DNA from: a candidate division GN15 bacterium
GTDB taxonomy: Bacteria > Zixibacteria > MSB-5A5 > GN15 > FEB-12
Direction of reading: 5' to 3'
NCBI GenBank assembly: GCA_014727815.1
Contig: WJMS01000257.1
Coordinates: 1 to 60,577 of the forward strand
DNA: 60,577 nucleotides
Made by a program: the position numbers and the translations under genes. This document shows, piece after piece, positions 1-9,920 of this stretch; the stretch's first letter is position 1; the number at the start of each line of letters is the position of its first letter. The notes beneath the pieces were generated by a model that was not told the origin of the DNA, made no database searches, and saw only the letters and a list, made by a program, of their open reading frames with translations.

Positions 1-44
1 AGCAGCAGCGTTATCGAGCGGGCAATCGAGGGAGAGTCCTTCAT
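1..44 (-). CDS. 5' end of a gene running off the window (MKDSPSIARSITLL..., possible signal peptide)
   Basis: ATG at 44 preceded by AGGA; only 14 codons visible. Confidence 0.3.
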   Translation of the reverse strand, partial: MKDSPSIARSITLL

Positions 45-163
45 ACACGTTTCCTGTTGTCCTTGCACGTTCACCTTATCTACCTAGTCATCGGCGGAGC
101 GTGGCCCATCCTTGAGCCGATTAGCCCTAACCCGTTGCTAAGTAACGGATAGCGTAGAGCGAG

Positions 164-1105
164 TCAAGTCTTTTTGGCCCCGCCCAACGCACCTCTCCCC
201 CACTGCATCAAAGTAGCAAATAGTTCTCCAGAATCCGAATAAAATCTCACGCCCGGCTGCCCCCGAAACCAGGTCAATTGGCGCTTGGCGTAGCGGCGCG
301 TATTCTGCTTGATCATCGCCACCGCCTCATCGAGCCCCCAGCGTCCATCCAGATAGTCCAGCAACTCGTTGTAACCTATAACGTTTGATTGACGAACCGG
401 GTCGGCAAGACCGTCCCCCACCAGCCGCTCCACCTCGTCCAGCAGACCGTCAGCCAGCATCCGGTCGACCCGATCATTGATCGTCCGGTACAATTGCTCC
501 CGGTCCGGCGCCAGGCAATGATACTGGAATGTATGTTTCGCTTTGCGATACGCCCCGGTACTCACCAGCTCCGATTTCGGCTTCCCGGTGACATAGAATA
601 TCTCCAGCGCCCGAACCAGCCGGACATGGTTGTTGGGATGAATCTTGGCGGCCTCCAGCGGATCGATCTCCCGAAGCTTCTGATAGAGACATTCGGCGCC
701 GCCATCTGCGCACTCCTGCTCGAGCTTTTCGCGGATTTCCATATCAGTGTTGTCTATCTCTACCACTCCTTCAGTCAGCGCGCGAAGGTACAGGCCGGTG
801 CCGCCGACCACCAGCGGCAGGTTGCCGCGCCTGAGAATTTCGCCGATCGCCGCATTGGCGTCGTCGATAAAACGAAAAGCCGAATAACGCTCCCCGGGTT
901 CTATGATATCTACGAGATGAATCGGCGCCTGTTGCCGTTCTTTTTCGGTCGGCTTGGCAGTACCGATATCGAGCCTGCGGATCATCTGCCGCGAATCGGC
1001 AGACACCACTTCTACCGGCAAGGGCTCGGCAAGTTTCACCGCCACGCCGGTTTTTCCGGTCGCGGTGGGCCCGCAAATGATCGCAATAGCAAACCGGTCA
1101 GCCAC
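164..1105 (-). CDS. miaA: tRNA dimethylallyltransferase
   Basis: GPTATGKT P-loop, SADSRQM, DIGTAKP, VGGTGLY, TRRYAKRQLTWF; GTG start at 1105 overlaps the mutL stop. Confidence 0.97.
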   Translation of the reverse strand: MADRFAIAIICGPTATGKTGVAVKLAEPLPVEVVSADSRQMIRRLDIGTAKPTEKERQQAPIHLVDIIEPGERYSAFRFIDDANAAIGEILRRGNLPLVVGGTGLYLRALTEGVVEIDNTDMEIREKLEQECADGGAECLYQKLREIDPLEAAKIHPNNHVRLVRALEIFYVTGKPKSELVSTGAYRKAKHTFQYHCLAPDREQLYRTINDRVDRMLADGLLDEVERLVGDGLADPVRQSNVIGYNELLDYLDGRWGLDEAVAMIKQNTRRYAKRQLTWFRGQPGVRFYSDSGELFATLMQWGRGALGGAKKT

Positions 1106-2978
1106 GGCCGAACTGCTTGTCGAGATCCTCGCGGCCGATCCGGATAAATGTCGGACGGCCGTGCGGACAGGTGTAGCGGTTGTCACAGCGCAGCAGCTGC
1201 TCGAGCAGCCCCTCGGCCTCACGGTCGGAGAGACGATCGCCCGACATCACCGCCGCCCGGCAGGCAATCGACTGGGCCATCGCCTTGCGCATATCGTGAC
1301 CGGCCTTCTTCAGCGAAGACAGGTCATCGATCACTTTCTGGATCATCTTCTCCGGCGACTTGCGCGACAACACCGCCGGCACCGCCTCAATATTGACCAT
1401 CGTCCCCCCAAACGCCCCGATCGCAAACCCCGATTGATTGAGCAACTCCCCGGCTTCTTCAAACACCGCAAACTGCTCCGGCGACAACTCCACCTGCACC
1501 GGCATCAACAGGTGCTGACCAACCACCGCGTTCTCCTCGACCTGCCTCAACGTCTGTTCATACAACACCCGTTCGTGGGCCGTATGCTGATCGACGATAT
1601 ACAAATCATCACCCGACTGCAGCAGCAGGTACAAATCGGAAAAACGTCCGACCAGCCGCAGGCCATTCGATGGCCCATCCGCACGCTGATGTTCCGGAGC
1701 TTGGTGCTCGCGCGCCGGCGACGGCGATGTCGACTGCGATGCCGGCTCTTCGATTATCTCGCCGGTGGTCGTATCAACCTTCACCACCTCCGGCTGCTCC
1801 GGCCGCGCTTCAGCCGGCGCCGCTCGATAAAGGTCGGACAGGAACGTCCGGTTCGACTGCCCGGCCGATTGCACCCCCGGAATCGTCGGACCGTAATGAC
1901 CGGGGCGCTGGCCGGTCGCCGGGTGCTGTGTGGAGTGCTCTCCCGATGGTCGAAAGGTCGGAATGATCCCGTCCTGCCGCAGCGACTCCTTGACCAATCG
2001 ATAGATCGCGTCGTACACCTCCCGCTCGCGCGACAACCGCACCTCAGTCTTGGCCGGGTGAACATTGACATCGACCTCCGACGGATCAACCGTCAGCAGC
2101 AGCGCCCCGATCGGGAAATTCCCCCGAGGCAACATCTCGCCATACCCGGCGCCAAAAGCGTGCGACAGCGACGGGGCCTGCACATAGCGACCGTTGATAA
2201 ACAAATACTGACTGAATCGGTTGCTCACCGCCAATTCCGGCCGACCGATACAACCCTCGATCGTCACCGGACCGATCGTCCCGCTCACCGGCACAAACTT
2301 CTCCCCCGGCCGCAAAAGCGAGGCCACCCGCTCAACCAGCGGCGTCTCCGGCGGCAGCGAGAAGACCTGACGGCCGTTGAGATTGTACGTGAAACCCGGA
2401 CCGCCGCGCGCAATCGCCAGCGCCGTCGCCGTGCGCGTAATATGGCGCGCCTCGGTCGTTTCCGCTTTCAGGAATTTCCGCCGCGCCGGCACATTGTAAA
2501 ACAGGTTCTCGACCTCAACCGTCGTCCCCGCCGGCGCCGCCGTCGGCTCCTTCGATTGCAGCACGCCCCCCTCGTACAAGATCTCCGTACCGATATCTTC
2601 ATCCGCCGCCCGCGTCACCATGCGCAGACGGGCCACCGATGCTATCGATGGCAGCGCCTCACCGCGAAAACCATACGTTGTCACCCGGTCGAGATCGTGA
2701 AACTCGGAAATCTTCGAGGTGGCATGACGGGAAAACGCGACTTCAATCTGGTCCGACTCTATCCCACAGCCATTGTCGACTATCTTGATCAGCCGCAACC
2801 CCGACTTCTCGATTGTAATCTCCACCCGATCGGCGCCGGCATCGAGCGCATTTTCCACCAACTCCTTCACCACTGCGGCCGGACGTTCCACCACCTCACC
2901 GGCGGCGATCTTGTTGATCAACCGTTCGGGCAGCGGACGGATCCAGCGACGGGATTGCGAATCGGATGGTAAAGGCAT
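1098..2978 (-). CDS. mutL: DNA mismatch repair endonuclease MutL
   Basis: IAAGEVVERP, GFRGEAL, VDVNVHPAK; endonuclease motifs DQHTAHERVLYE, ACR, CPHGRP; QHLLMP clamp motif. Confidence 0.98.
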   Translation of the reverse strand: MPLPSDSQSRRWIRPLPERLINKIAAGEVVERPAAVVKELVENALDAGADRVEITIEKSGLRLIKIVDNGCGIESDQIEVAFSRHATSKISEFHDLDRVTTYGFRGEALPSIASVARLRMVTRAADEDIGTEILYEGGVLQSKEPTAAPAGTTVEVENLFYNVPARRKFLKAETTEARHITRTATALAIARGGPGFTYNLNGRQVFSLPPETPLVERVASLLRPGEKFVPVSGTIGPVTIEGCIGRPELAVSNRFSQYLFINGRYVQAPSLSHAFGAGYGEMLPRGNFPIGALLLTVDPSEVDVNVHPAKTEVRLSREREVYDAIYRLVKESLRQDGIIPTFRPSGEHSTQHPATGQRPGHYGPTIPGVQSAGQSNRTFLSDLYRAAPAEARPEQPEVVKVDTTTGEIIEEPASQSTSPSPAREHQAPEHQRADGPSNGLRLVGRFSDLYLLLQSGDDLYIVDQHTAHERVLYEQTLRQVEENAVVGQHLLMPVQVELSPEQFAVFEEAGELLNQSGFAIGAFGGTMVNIEAVPAVLSRKSPEKMIQKVIDDLSSLKKAGHDMRKAMAQSIACRAAVMSGDRLSDREAEGLLEQLLRCDNRYTCPHGRPTFIRIGREDLDKQFGRG

Positions 2979-2979
2979 A

Positions 2980-5583
2980 CTACTCTACGTCTTTCTTCAG
3001 GCTGTTCAAAAACTGTAACGCCTGAAGCGGAGTCATGTTCTCGATGTCAGCCTCTTTGAGACGGTTCTCGATCTCCGATGGTTGCGGGTCGAACAGGCTC
3101 GGCTGCATGCGCTGCTTGTACACACCCTTGCCGAGTTCGCTCCGGTTGAACTTGCCCGATTCGAGCAGCTTGAGAATCTGCCGCGCGCGGGTGATCGTCT
3201 GGCGCGGCACCCCGGCCAACCGGGCCACCTCGATCCCGTACGAATCATCGCACCCACCCGGGATGATCTTGTGCAGGAAAATGACCTTGTTCTCCCACTT
3301 CTTTACCGCCACCTGGTAGTTGGCGATATGCTCGTAGATCTCCGCCATGCCGGTAAGTTCATGATAGTGCGTCGCAAAAATCGTCCGGGCCTGCTTCTGC
3401 TCGTTGATATACTCCACCACCGACCAGGCCACCGACAGACCGTCAAACGTCGATGTCCCCCGACCGACTTCGTCAAGCAGCACCAGCGACCGCTCAGTCG
3501 CATTGTGCAGAATATTGGCCGTCTCAACCATCTCCACCAGGAAGGTCGACTGACCCCGCGCCAGATTGTCCAGCGCCCCGACCCGGGTGAAGACCCGGTC
3601 GACCAGCCCGATCTCGGCCCTATCAGCCGGCACCCACGAACCAATCTGGGCGAGAATGACGATCAACCCGATCTGCCGCAGATAGGTCGACTTGCCCGAC
3701 ATGTTCGGCCCCGTCAGGATAACCATGCGACCATCATCATTGAGATCAACATCGTTGGCGACAAACGAGCCCGACGGCAGCACCGACTCAATCACCGGAT
3801 GCCGCCCGCCACTGATCGCGAGGCGGGTGTCCTCGAATATCTCGGGGCGACAATACCCCCGCGCGACAGCCAGGTCAGCCAGGCCGGAAACAACATCGAC
3901 CTCGGCCAGCAGTTCGGCCGTATGAACGATATCGCCAATCCGCTCGTTCAGCGCCGCCACCAGCTCCTCGTACAGCTCGAGTTCGAGACGGACAATCTTC
4001 TCCTCGGCCGCGAGGATCAACTCTTCCTTCTCTTTCAGCTCCGGCGTGATGTAGCGCTCGGCATTCACCAGTGTCTGCTTGCGGATATACTCCTTCGGCA
4101 CATGTTGACTGTTGGCCTTGGTGACCTCGAGATAGTAGCCGAAGACCTTATTGAAACCAACCTTGAGCGTGGCTATCCCCGTCCGCTCACGCTCGACTTT
4201 CTGCAGCGAAGCGATATACTTTCGGGCGTCACGAATCGAATCGTTGAGGTCATCGAGTTTCTCGGAAAAACCGGCCCGGAAAATCCCCCCCTTGTTCGCC
4301 ACCAGCGGAGCCTCTTCAACCAGCGCCCGATCGACCATGCCGACCAGATCGGTACAGTCCGGAAACGAATCGGCAAGCTGCATCAGGTGCGGCGAGCGAC
4401 AAGCGCGCACAATCGACCCGATCTGCGCCGCCACCGCCAGACCATCCTTGATCCCCGCCATCTGCCTCGGCGACAGTTTGCCGATCCCGAGACGGCCGGC
4501 AAAGCGCTCGATATCCGGAAGCTTCTTCGTTTCTTCACGAATCCGAAAACACAGCTCGCGCTCTTTCACCAGCTCGGTGACACCGGTCAGACGACGTTCG
4601 ATCGGCGCTTTCGTCTTGAACGGATGCAGCAGCGCCCGCTGCAACCGTCGCGCTCCAAACGGCGTGTGACAGCGATTGATCACCGAGAACAGTGAGTTCT
4701 CCTCGGTATTGTTGGCGATATCACGGACCAGTTCGAGATTGCGCACGCTGGAGTAATCGAGCGTCATCAACTCGGCATCATCGAACCGACTCAGCCGTGT
4801 GATGTGTGACAATTTGTCGCGATGGTTCTCCTGTAAATACCGGAAAATCGCCCCGGCGGCCGTAATCGCCTGCTTGGCGTGACCAACCCCAAAACCATCG
4901 AGCGTGCTGACCTCAAAATGCCGCGTCAGGTCACGTGTCGCCGTGCGCACATCGAAATTGAAATCCTCGTAGGCCGTCACCCGGCCGTCATCGGAACGGA
5001 GCCCGAGCGAAGCGAGGCTGTCGTCGTCGGCTATCGACGCTGGATACAGAATCTCCGAGGGCTCCAGCAGCCGAAGCCGTTCGCCGATATCATCAGCCGG
5101 CCCTTCATCGAGTACAAACTGCCCGGTCGCCAGGTCCAGCGCCGCCATCCCGGCCGTCTTGCCGTTGCGACTGAACATCGCCGCGAGGTAATTCGCTCGG
5201 GTTTCCTCCTGCGCCCCCTCGACCGTCGCCGTCCCCGGCGTCAGAATCTCGACAATGTCCCGCTTCACCAGCCCTTTGGCCGTCTTCGGATCCTCCACCT
5301 GCTCCACCACCACCACTTTGTGGCCCCTGGCCAGCAGCTTGGCAAGATAACGCTCGGCCGAGTGATGCGGCACGCCGGCCAGCGGGATTTTCTCCGATGT
5401 GCCATGCGAACGCGAGGTCAGGGCGATACCGAGAATCGGCGCGGCCACGACAGCATCGTCGCCAAACATCTCATAAAAATCGCCCATGCGAAAAAAGAGA
5501 ATTTTGTCGGGATGCTGGGCTTTAATGGTGTGAAACTGACGCATCAACGGCGTCAGCGCAGAACCGTCGGACTTCTTGCTCAT
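2980..5583 (-). CDS. mutS: DNA mismatch repair protein MutS
   Basis: FRMGDFYEMF, TGPNMSGKSTYLRQ, STFLVEM, DEVGRGTS, C-terminal QPSLF clamp motif. Confidence 0.98.
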   Translation of the reverse strand: MSKKSDGSALTPLMRQFHTIKAQHPDKILFFRMGDFYEMFGDDAVVAAPILGIALTSRSHGTSEKIPLAGVPHHSAERYLAKLLARGHKVVVVEQVEDPKTAKGLVKRDIVEILTPGTATVEGAQEETRANYLAAMFSRNGKTAGMAALDLATGQFVLDEGPADDIGERLRLLEPSEILYPASIADDDSLASLGLRSDDGRVTAYEDFNFDVRTATRDLTRHFEVSTLDGFGVGHAKQAITAAGAIFRYLQENHRDKLSHITRLSRFDDAELMTLDYSSVRNLELVRDIANNTEENSLFSVINRCHTPFGARRLQRALLHPFKTKAPIERRLTGVTELVKERELCFRIREETKKLPDIERFAGRLGIGKLSPRQMAGIKDGLAVAAQIGSIVRACRSPHLMQLADSFPDCTDLVGMVDRALVEEAPLVANKGGIFRAGFSEKLDDLNDSIRDARKYIASLQKVERERTGIATLKVGFNKVFGYYLEVTKANSQHVPKEYIRKQTLVNAERYITPELKEKEELILAAEEKIVRLELELYEELVAALNERIGDIVHTAELLAEVDVVSGLADLAVARGYCRPEIFEDTRLAISGGRHPVIESVLPSGSFVANDVDLNDDGRMVILTGPNMSGKSTYLRQIGLIVILAQIGSWVPADRAEIGLVDRVFTRVGALDNLARGQSTFLVEMVETANILHNATERSLVLLDEVGRGTSTFDGLSVAWSVVEYINEQKQARTIFATHYHELTGMAEIYEHIANYQVAVKKWENKVIFLHKIIPGGCDDSYGIEVARLAGVPRQTITRARQILKLLESGKFNRSELGKGVYKQRMQPSLFDPQPSEIENRLKEADIENMTPLQALQFLNSLKKDVE

Positions 5584-6581
5584 CGAGCGACAACCTGGTA
5601 CACTTCGCCGTGATTCGCCTCCAGCGTCGTCTTGAACTGCAGGGCATCGTTATAAGTGGAAAACCGACCGACATACACGACATGATAGCTCTTGCCCGAG
5701 ATTGTCTTGCTGCCGATATCAACCGTCTTGCCGTACTTCTCGAACAGGTCGCGCTGTCGCCGGGCGTTGTCACCCTCGGAAAAGACACCGACCTTGACCG
5801 AGTAGTAGGTGCCGGTCAGTTGTTCGGCGGTGTTGTCGGAGCGAGCCTTGTCGGGGATACTGCCGAGCCGATCGATCAGAACATCGAGACCAACCGACTG
5901 CGGATAGGCCTCCCGAAGTATATTGTAGTAGAACACAGCATCGTCATAACGCTCCCGTTCATACGCGTCGATCGCCAGCAGGTACAACGCCTGCGGAATA
6001 CCGGGACCGCGCTGCTCGCGAGTGAGCGCCCGAAGCATCTCGATGGCGCCGATCCGCTTTTTTTGCGCGAACATCAGCCGCGCCTTGTCGATCCGACCCC
6101 ACTGCGACGGCTCCCCGTCGCTGTACTCCACCAGGTACCGGTCGACCTGGCGAAGCGCCGACTCGCGACGGCCGGCCTCTTCGTCGACCAGGATCGACAG
6201 CCGCGTCATCTCCCGATCGAACTCACCCGACTCCCAGTACGTCCGATACTCATTGACCACCCGGGCAAGCTGCTTGAACTGGTCGGTGACCAGGTAATAC
6301 TGCGCCAGACGGTAGAACAACTCCTGCCGGTAGCGGATCGACACCGATGCTTTCAGGGCGGCTTCCATCAGCCGGGCCGACTCAGCCGCATTCGGCTCGA
6401 TCAGCGCCTGAAAAAAGAGAATATCGCCGTCACGGGTGGCGGCTGACGCGTATCGCGACAGGGAGTCTTCGGCGGCGGCAAGCTCGCCGCGCACGATGAG
6501 TTCGTAGATCGTGCTCTCCGCACTCTTCGCCGTACCGAACAGCAGGATGATTCCGATGAACAGGGTAATGAACTTCTTCAT
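5580..6581 (-). CDS. Exported TPR-like protein with C-terminal SPOR domain
   Basis: Signal peptide MKKFITLF...; helical repeats; SPOR-like YSVKVGVFS...YHVVYVGRFSTYNDA. Confidence 0.8.
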   Translation of the reverse strand: MKKFITLFIGIILLFGTAKSAESTIYELIVRGELAAAEDSLSRYASAATRDGDILFFQALIEPNAAESARLMEAALKASVSIRYRQELFYRLAQYYLVTDQFKQLARVVNEYRTYWESGEFDREMTRLSILVDEEAGRRESALRQVDRYLVEYSDGEPSQWGRIDKARLMFAQKKRIGAIEMLRALTREQRGPGIPQALYLLAIDAYERERYDDAVFYYNILREAYPQSVGLDVLIDRLGSIPDKARSDNTAEQLTGTYYSVKVGVFSEGDNARRQRDLFEKYGKTVDIGSKTISGKSYHVVYVGRFSTYNDALQFKTTLEANHGEVYQVVAR

Positions 6582-6610
6582 GACGTCACTCGGCACGCCG
6601 GGCCGCGCGC

Positions 6611-7708
6611 TCAGGTGCCAACCGGGGTGGCATCGGGCGTGGGCGATGCGCCCGGGCCGGCGCTGCGTTTATCGCGATTCCGTTCCATGGTCTGCAGTAA
6701 CTCGGTGAGCTTGCGACGGTCACCTCGCTCGAGATAGAGTCGAATGACCTCGATCAGGACACCGAGATCGTTCGGATAGTCCTCGATCAGGTTCTCCAGC
6801 ACCTCGCACGCCTGATCCGAATCGCCCTTCTTCTCGTGGAACTCGGCCAGGGTCAATCGGGCCTGCTTGTTCTTGGGATCATGTTCGAGAATGTTCTCGC
6901 AGATCTCGATCACGTCGCCATACCGGCCGAGCTCGAACAGGGTCTTTTTCAAACGATCGATCACGAGATGCCCCTTCTCCGGCACGGCGCTGATCAGCTT
7001 GCGCCAGAAATTTACGGCATCTTCAAGACGGTTCTCCTGCGCGTACGAGTCACCGATCGCCAGGTACGCCTCGATCAGGGTCGGATCGAGCCCGATCGCT
7101 TCCTTGTAGACAATTCGCGCCTTGTGGTACTCGCGCTTCTTGTACAACTGCGAACCCATGTGAAGCTTGAACCGGGCCAGCGGCTTCTTCGACTTGTTGC
7201 CCTCGAGCTTCATCAACGCCACCGCCGTATCGTAGGCGTCCTCCCAGTGCTCGCGACGTTCCTGCACCTTGAGCAGCTGCGTGTGCCCCCAGCGGTTGCG
7301 CGAGTCAAGCGACACCAGCTCCTTGAGCGCCTTCTCGGCCGTCTCCAGATCATCCAGCGCCAGGTAATCCTCGACCAAATGCCGCAGGATCATGACCTTG
7401 GTGGGACGGTCGAGGTCGGTGCGAAGCGTCAGGTCCTTGTGCACCTGCAGGGCCCGTTCGGGGCGTTTGTGCTCCCGCAGGATCTTGCCCAGCCGCAGGT
7501 AGGCATCGATATTGTTCGTGTTCTCGGCCACCACCTGCCGCAGCTTGGTGAACGCCGACTCCGTGCGACCGTCGAGCAGGTCACACAGTGCCTTGACGTA
7601 CAATTCGGATTCGGTCTCGACGGTGCGCTTGAAAAAGCGCTCGTATGCGAGATACAGCGCCGTAGCGCCGAATACGATCACAAGAACGATCAGGACGTTC
7701 TGAAACAT
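6611..7708 (-). CDS. lapB: LapB-like membrane-anchored TPR protein (no rubredoxin domain)
   Basis: N-terminal TM, AYLRLGKILRE...RALQVHKDL LapB-like TPR motif; directly follows lapA. Confidence 0.7.
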   Translation of the reverse strand: MFQNVLIVLVIVFGATALYLAYERFFKRTVETESELYVKALCDLLDGRTESAFTKLRQVVAENTNNIDAYLRLGKILREHKRPERALQVHKDLTLRTDLDRPTKVMILRHLVEDYLALDDLETAEKALKELVSLDSRNRWGHTQLLKVQERREHWEDAYDTAVALMKLEGNKSKKPLARFKLHMGSQLYKKREYHKARIVYKEAIGLDPTLIEAYLAIGDSYAQENRLEDAVNFWRKLISAVPEKGHLVIDRLKKTLFELGRYGDVIEICENILEHDPKNKQARLTLAEFHEKKGDSDQACEVLENLIEDYPNDLGVLIEVIRLYLERGDRRKLTELLQTMERNRDKRSAGPGASPTPDATPVGT

Positions 7709-7713
7709 GCGGG

Positions 7714-8082
7714 CTAACTCTCGTTAAAGGCCGATGGTTGTTCGTCCGCGTCGCGATCGGCGCCCTTGAGCAAATCGGCCGACTCTTCGATCGGACGGTT
7801 GCGCAGGATCGCCACTTCGGTCTCCAGCGCCTTGATCCGTTTGCGCGACGCGCGGACCTGTACGGACAGTTTAATGTACGTGCTGATGAACAGCAACAAC
7901 GACAAAATGACCCCCGCCACAAACGCCCAGAACACCACCGTCACCAGCGGCACATCGGCATAGTTGTGATACACCGGCTTCAGGTTGACATCAACCGTCT
8001 GATCGGCGTTGAAATTGTTATAGGCGAATGCAACGATGATGATAATCAACAGGGCCATCAACAATGCCCGTACTGCCCACAT
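7714..8082 (-). CDS. lapA: LapA family membrane protein
   Basis: Two TM helices (FAYNN...V...PL...F..G) followed by a coiled coil; SD AGGGG. Confidence 0.8.
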   Translation of the reverse strand: MWAVRALLMALLIIIIVAFAYNNFNADQTVDVNLKPVYHNYADVPLVTVVFWAFVAGVILSLLLFISTYIKLSVQVRASRKRIKALETEVAILRNRPIEESADLLKGADRDADEQPSAFNES

Positions 8083-8102
8083 AGAAATCCCCTTTAGAAC
8101 GT

Positions 8103-8129
8103 CGATGCCGTCGCAGTACGACGGCATCG
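8103..8129. other. Perfect 11-bp hairpin upstream of lapA
   Basis: CGATGCCGTCG-cagta-CGACGGCATCG. Confidence 0.55.
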
Positions 8130-8179
8130 GACGGAATTATCGAACCTGTACACTCACGTTCGTCGCGCATGCACGGCGT

Positions 8180-8872
8180 TTAGCTCTTGCCCTCGTCCCC
8201 ACTGTCCTCATCACTCTCGCCGCCCCAATTCAGGGTGTTGACCATGCTGGTCGCCTCGGTACTCACCTGATTGAAGAACTCCTTCTCGCTCATGATGTGG
8301 AACAGCAGCATTTTGTTCTCTTTCTTGACGGCGATAATCGAACCCATGTACGAACGGTTCACCCGCTTGCCACCGACCCCCGAGGCCGACGTGCTGATAT
8401 TCTGGGCGTACGGCGCCTCACCGGACCAGAAATCGGTGCGGTAACCGTCGATCGTCAGTCGCTGACGCCCCTTCGGAATGATATCCATCTTATTGAGCAT
8501 GTCGAATTCGCGACGGATCTCACCCTTCTGGTCCGAGTCGTACGATGGACTCAACAGGGAATCGACAAACTGTCCCGGACCCATGTTGGTCTCGGCAACA
8601 TACACCACCATCCGCGGGACCAGCGTGTAGTCCTCGGCTTGCTGGTAGTCAGCCGGGATTCCGTAGTTCTCCTGAAGCAGGACAATGCGGAAATCCTCTT
8701 TGTTCTTTCGGATTCGATCCGACCAGTTGTCGTGGACCTCGAACGAATACTCGTGCTTCACATCGTAAAACACCCCGTCCTTGACATAACCGGCACTGGG
8801 CTGCTTGCGCCGGGCATCAGCGCTCGCGGCAGCCAGCAACAACACACAGCAGCAAATGAGCAGCTTTTTCAT
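8180..8872 (-). CDS. Hypothetical exported protein (possibly PsbP/DcrB-like fold)
   Basis: Clear signal peptide, GGAGG SD, upstream TTGACT; YSFEVHDNW motif. Confidence 0.7.
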   Translation of the reverse strand: MKKLLICCCVLLLAAASADARRKQPSAGYVKDGVFYDVKHEYSFEVHDNWSDRIRKNKEDFRIVLLQENYGIPADYQQAEDYTLVPRMVVYVAETNMGPGQFVDSLLSPSYDSDQKGEIRREFDMLNKMDIIPKGRQRLTIDGYRTDFWSGEAPYAQNISTSASGVGGKRVNRSYMGSIIAVKKENKMLLFHIMSEKEFFNQVSTEATSMVNTLNWGGESDEDSGDEGKS

Positions 8873-9030
8873 CGTGACACTCTCCTCCAGTCTTCGGCAA
8901 TCGTCAGTTCTACAGTTTTATCCTTATACACCGAAAAGTCAACCATTTTCACGAAAACGGCCGCCCGGAGGGCGAGGTATCTCGTGGTCGATCAGAAAGT
9001 TACGGCTGGAACTGGAAAGACGCGGCGGAC

Positions 9031-9903
9031 TCAGGAGGGCTCCACCCCGGTACTCACCCGGGTGCGCTCGTCGATATACTCGCCGATCGTCACAAACCGG
9101 AAATCACTGAGCAGCCGGTTGAGCTTGTACGCGAAAATGTCGGTCGAGCCGTACGTCCGAAACCACTGCACCGGCGACAACCCCTCCACCTGCGGCGGGT
9201 TCGGATCGAGCTCCCACGGGTGCAGGTAGATCATCGACGGCCGCCCGTCGTCGTTGAGCTTGCGAATCATCTGCCGGGAATACCAGTACGGCGAATGGCG
9301 CAGGTAGCCGCCACCCGACACCGGCACGTTGCGCCCCATCAACCGATAGGTCGAATTGGGAAACTCGTACAGCTCCCGGCCGTTGGTGCACTGCATGCTG
9401 AACAGCTCACGCGGACCGCTCGGCATGCCGTACAGATCGTGCTTGATCGGGAAGATCGAACTGTCGTACTCGAAACCAAGCTCGGCAAGCACATCAAACG
9501 CCCACGCCACCCGGTTGTTGATCGACCAGCTCGGCGCCCGGTAGCCCCGAGGCATCACCCCGGTCGCATTGTAGATCGCGTCGACCGCCCTTTGCGTATC
9601 CTCCCGGAACGTCTCCGGCGTCATCTGGTCGACTCGCCGGTGCCAGTACGAGTGACAGGCAATCTCGTGCCCCAGCGCCGCTATCTCCTCGATAATGACC
9701 GGGTGGTGCTCGGCGCACCAACCGAGAATGAACCAGGTCGCCTTGACCTGCTTCTCATGAAACAGCGACAACAGGCGCCGCACGTTGACCGCCAGGGTCG
9801 ACGGCAGCGTTTGCCACGTTTCCTGGGGATAACGCTCGCGCAGGATCTCGACCACAAACCACTCTTCGAGATCGACCGTAAGTAGATTTCGTTGCGCCTG
9901 CAT
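9031..9903 (-). CDS. Polysaccharide deacetylase (DUF3473 / PEP-CTERM-locus type)
   Basis: TVDLEEWF, GHEIACHSYWH, GYRAPSWS, YDSSIFP, GGGYLR, YLHPWELD. Confidence 0.9.
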   Translation of the reverse strand: MQAQRNLLTVDLEEWFVVEILRERYPQETWQTLPSTLAVNVRRLLSLFHEKQVKATWFILGWCAEHHPVIIEEIAALGHEIACHSYWHRRVDQMTPETFREDTQRAVDAIYNATGVMPRGYRAPSWSINNRVAWAFDVLAELGFEYDSSIFPIKHDLYGMPSGPRELFSMQCTNGRELYEFPNSTYRLMGRNVPVSGGGYLRHSPYWYSRQMIRKLNDDGRPSMIYLHPWELDPNPPQVEGLSPVQWFRTYGSTDIFAYKLNRLLSDFRFVTIGEYIDERTRVSTGVEPS

Positions 9904-9920
9904 GATCGGTATGGGCCGGC

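Noticed and set aside
954..4695. Long plus-strand ORFs (954-2972, 3082-4695; likewise 17470-19311, 35188-36873, 37455-39296, 42991-44367)
   Set aside because: Antisense shadows of well-supported genes in GC-rich DNA; no motifs and atypical composition.
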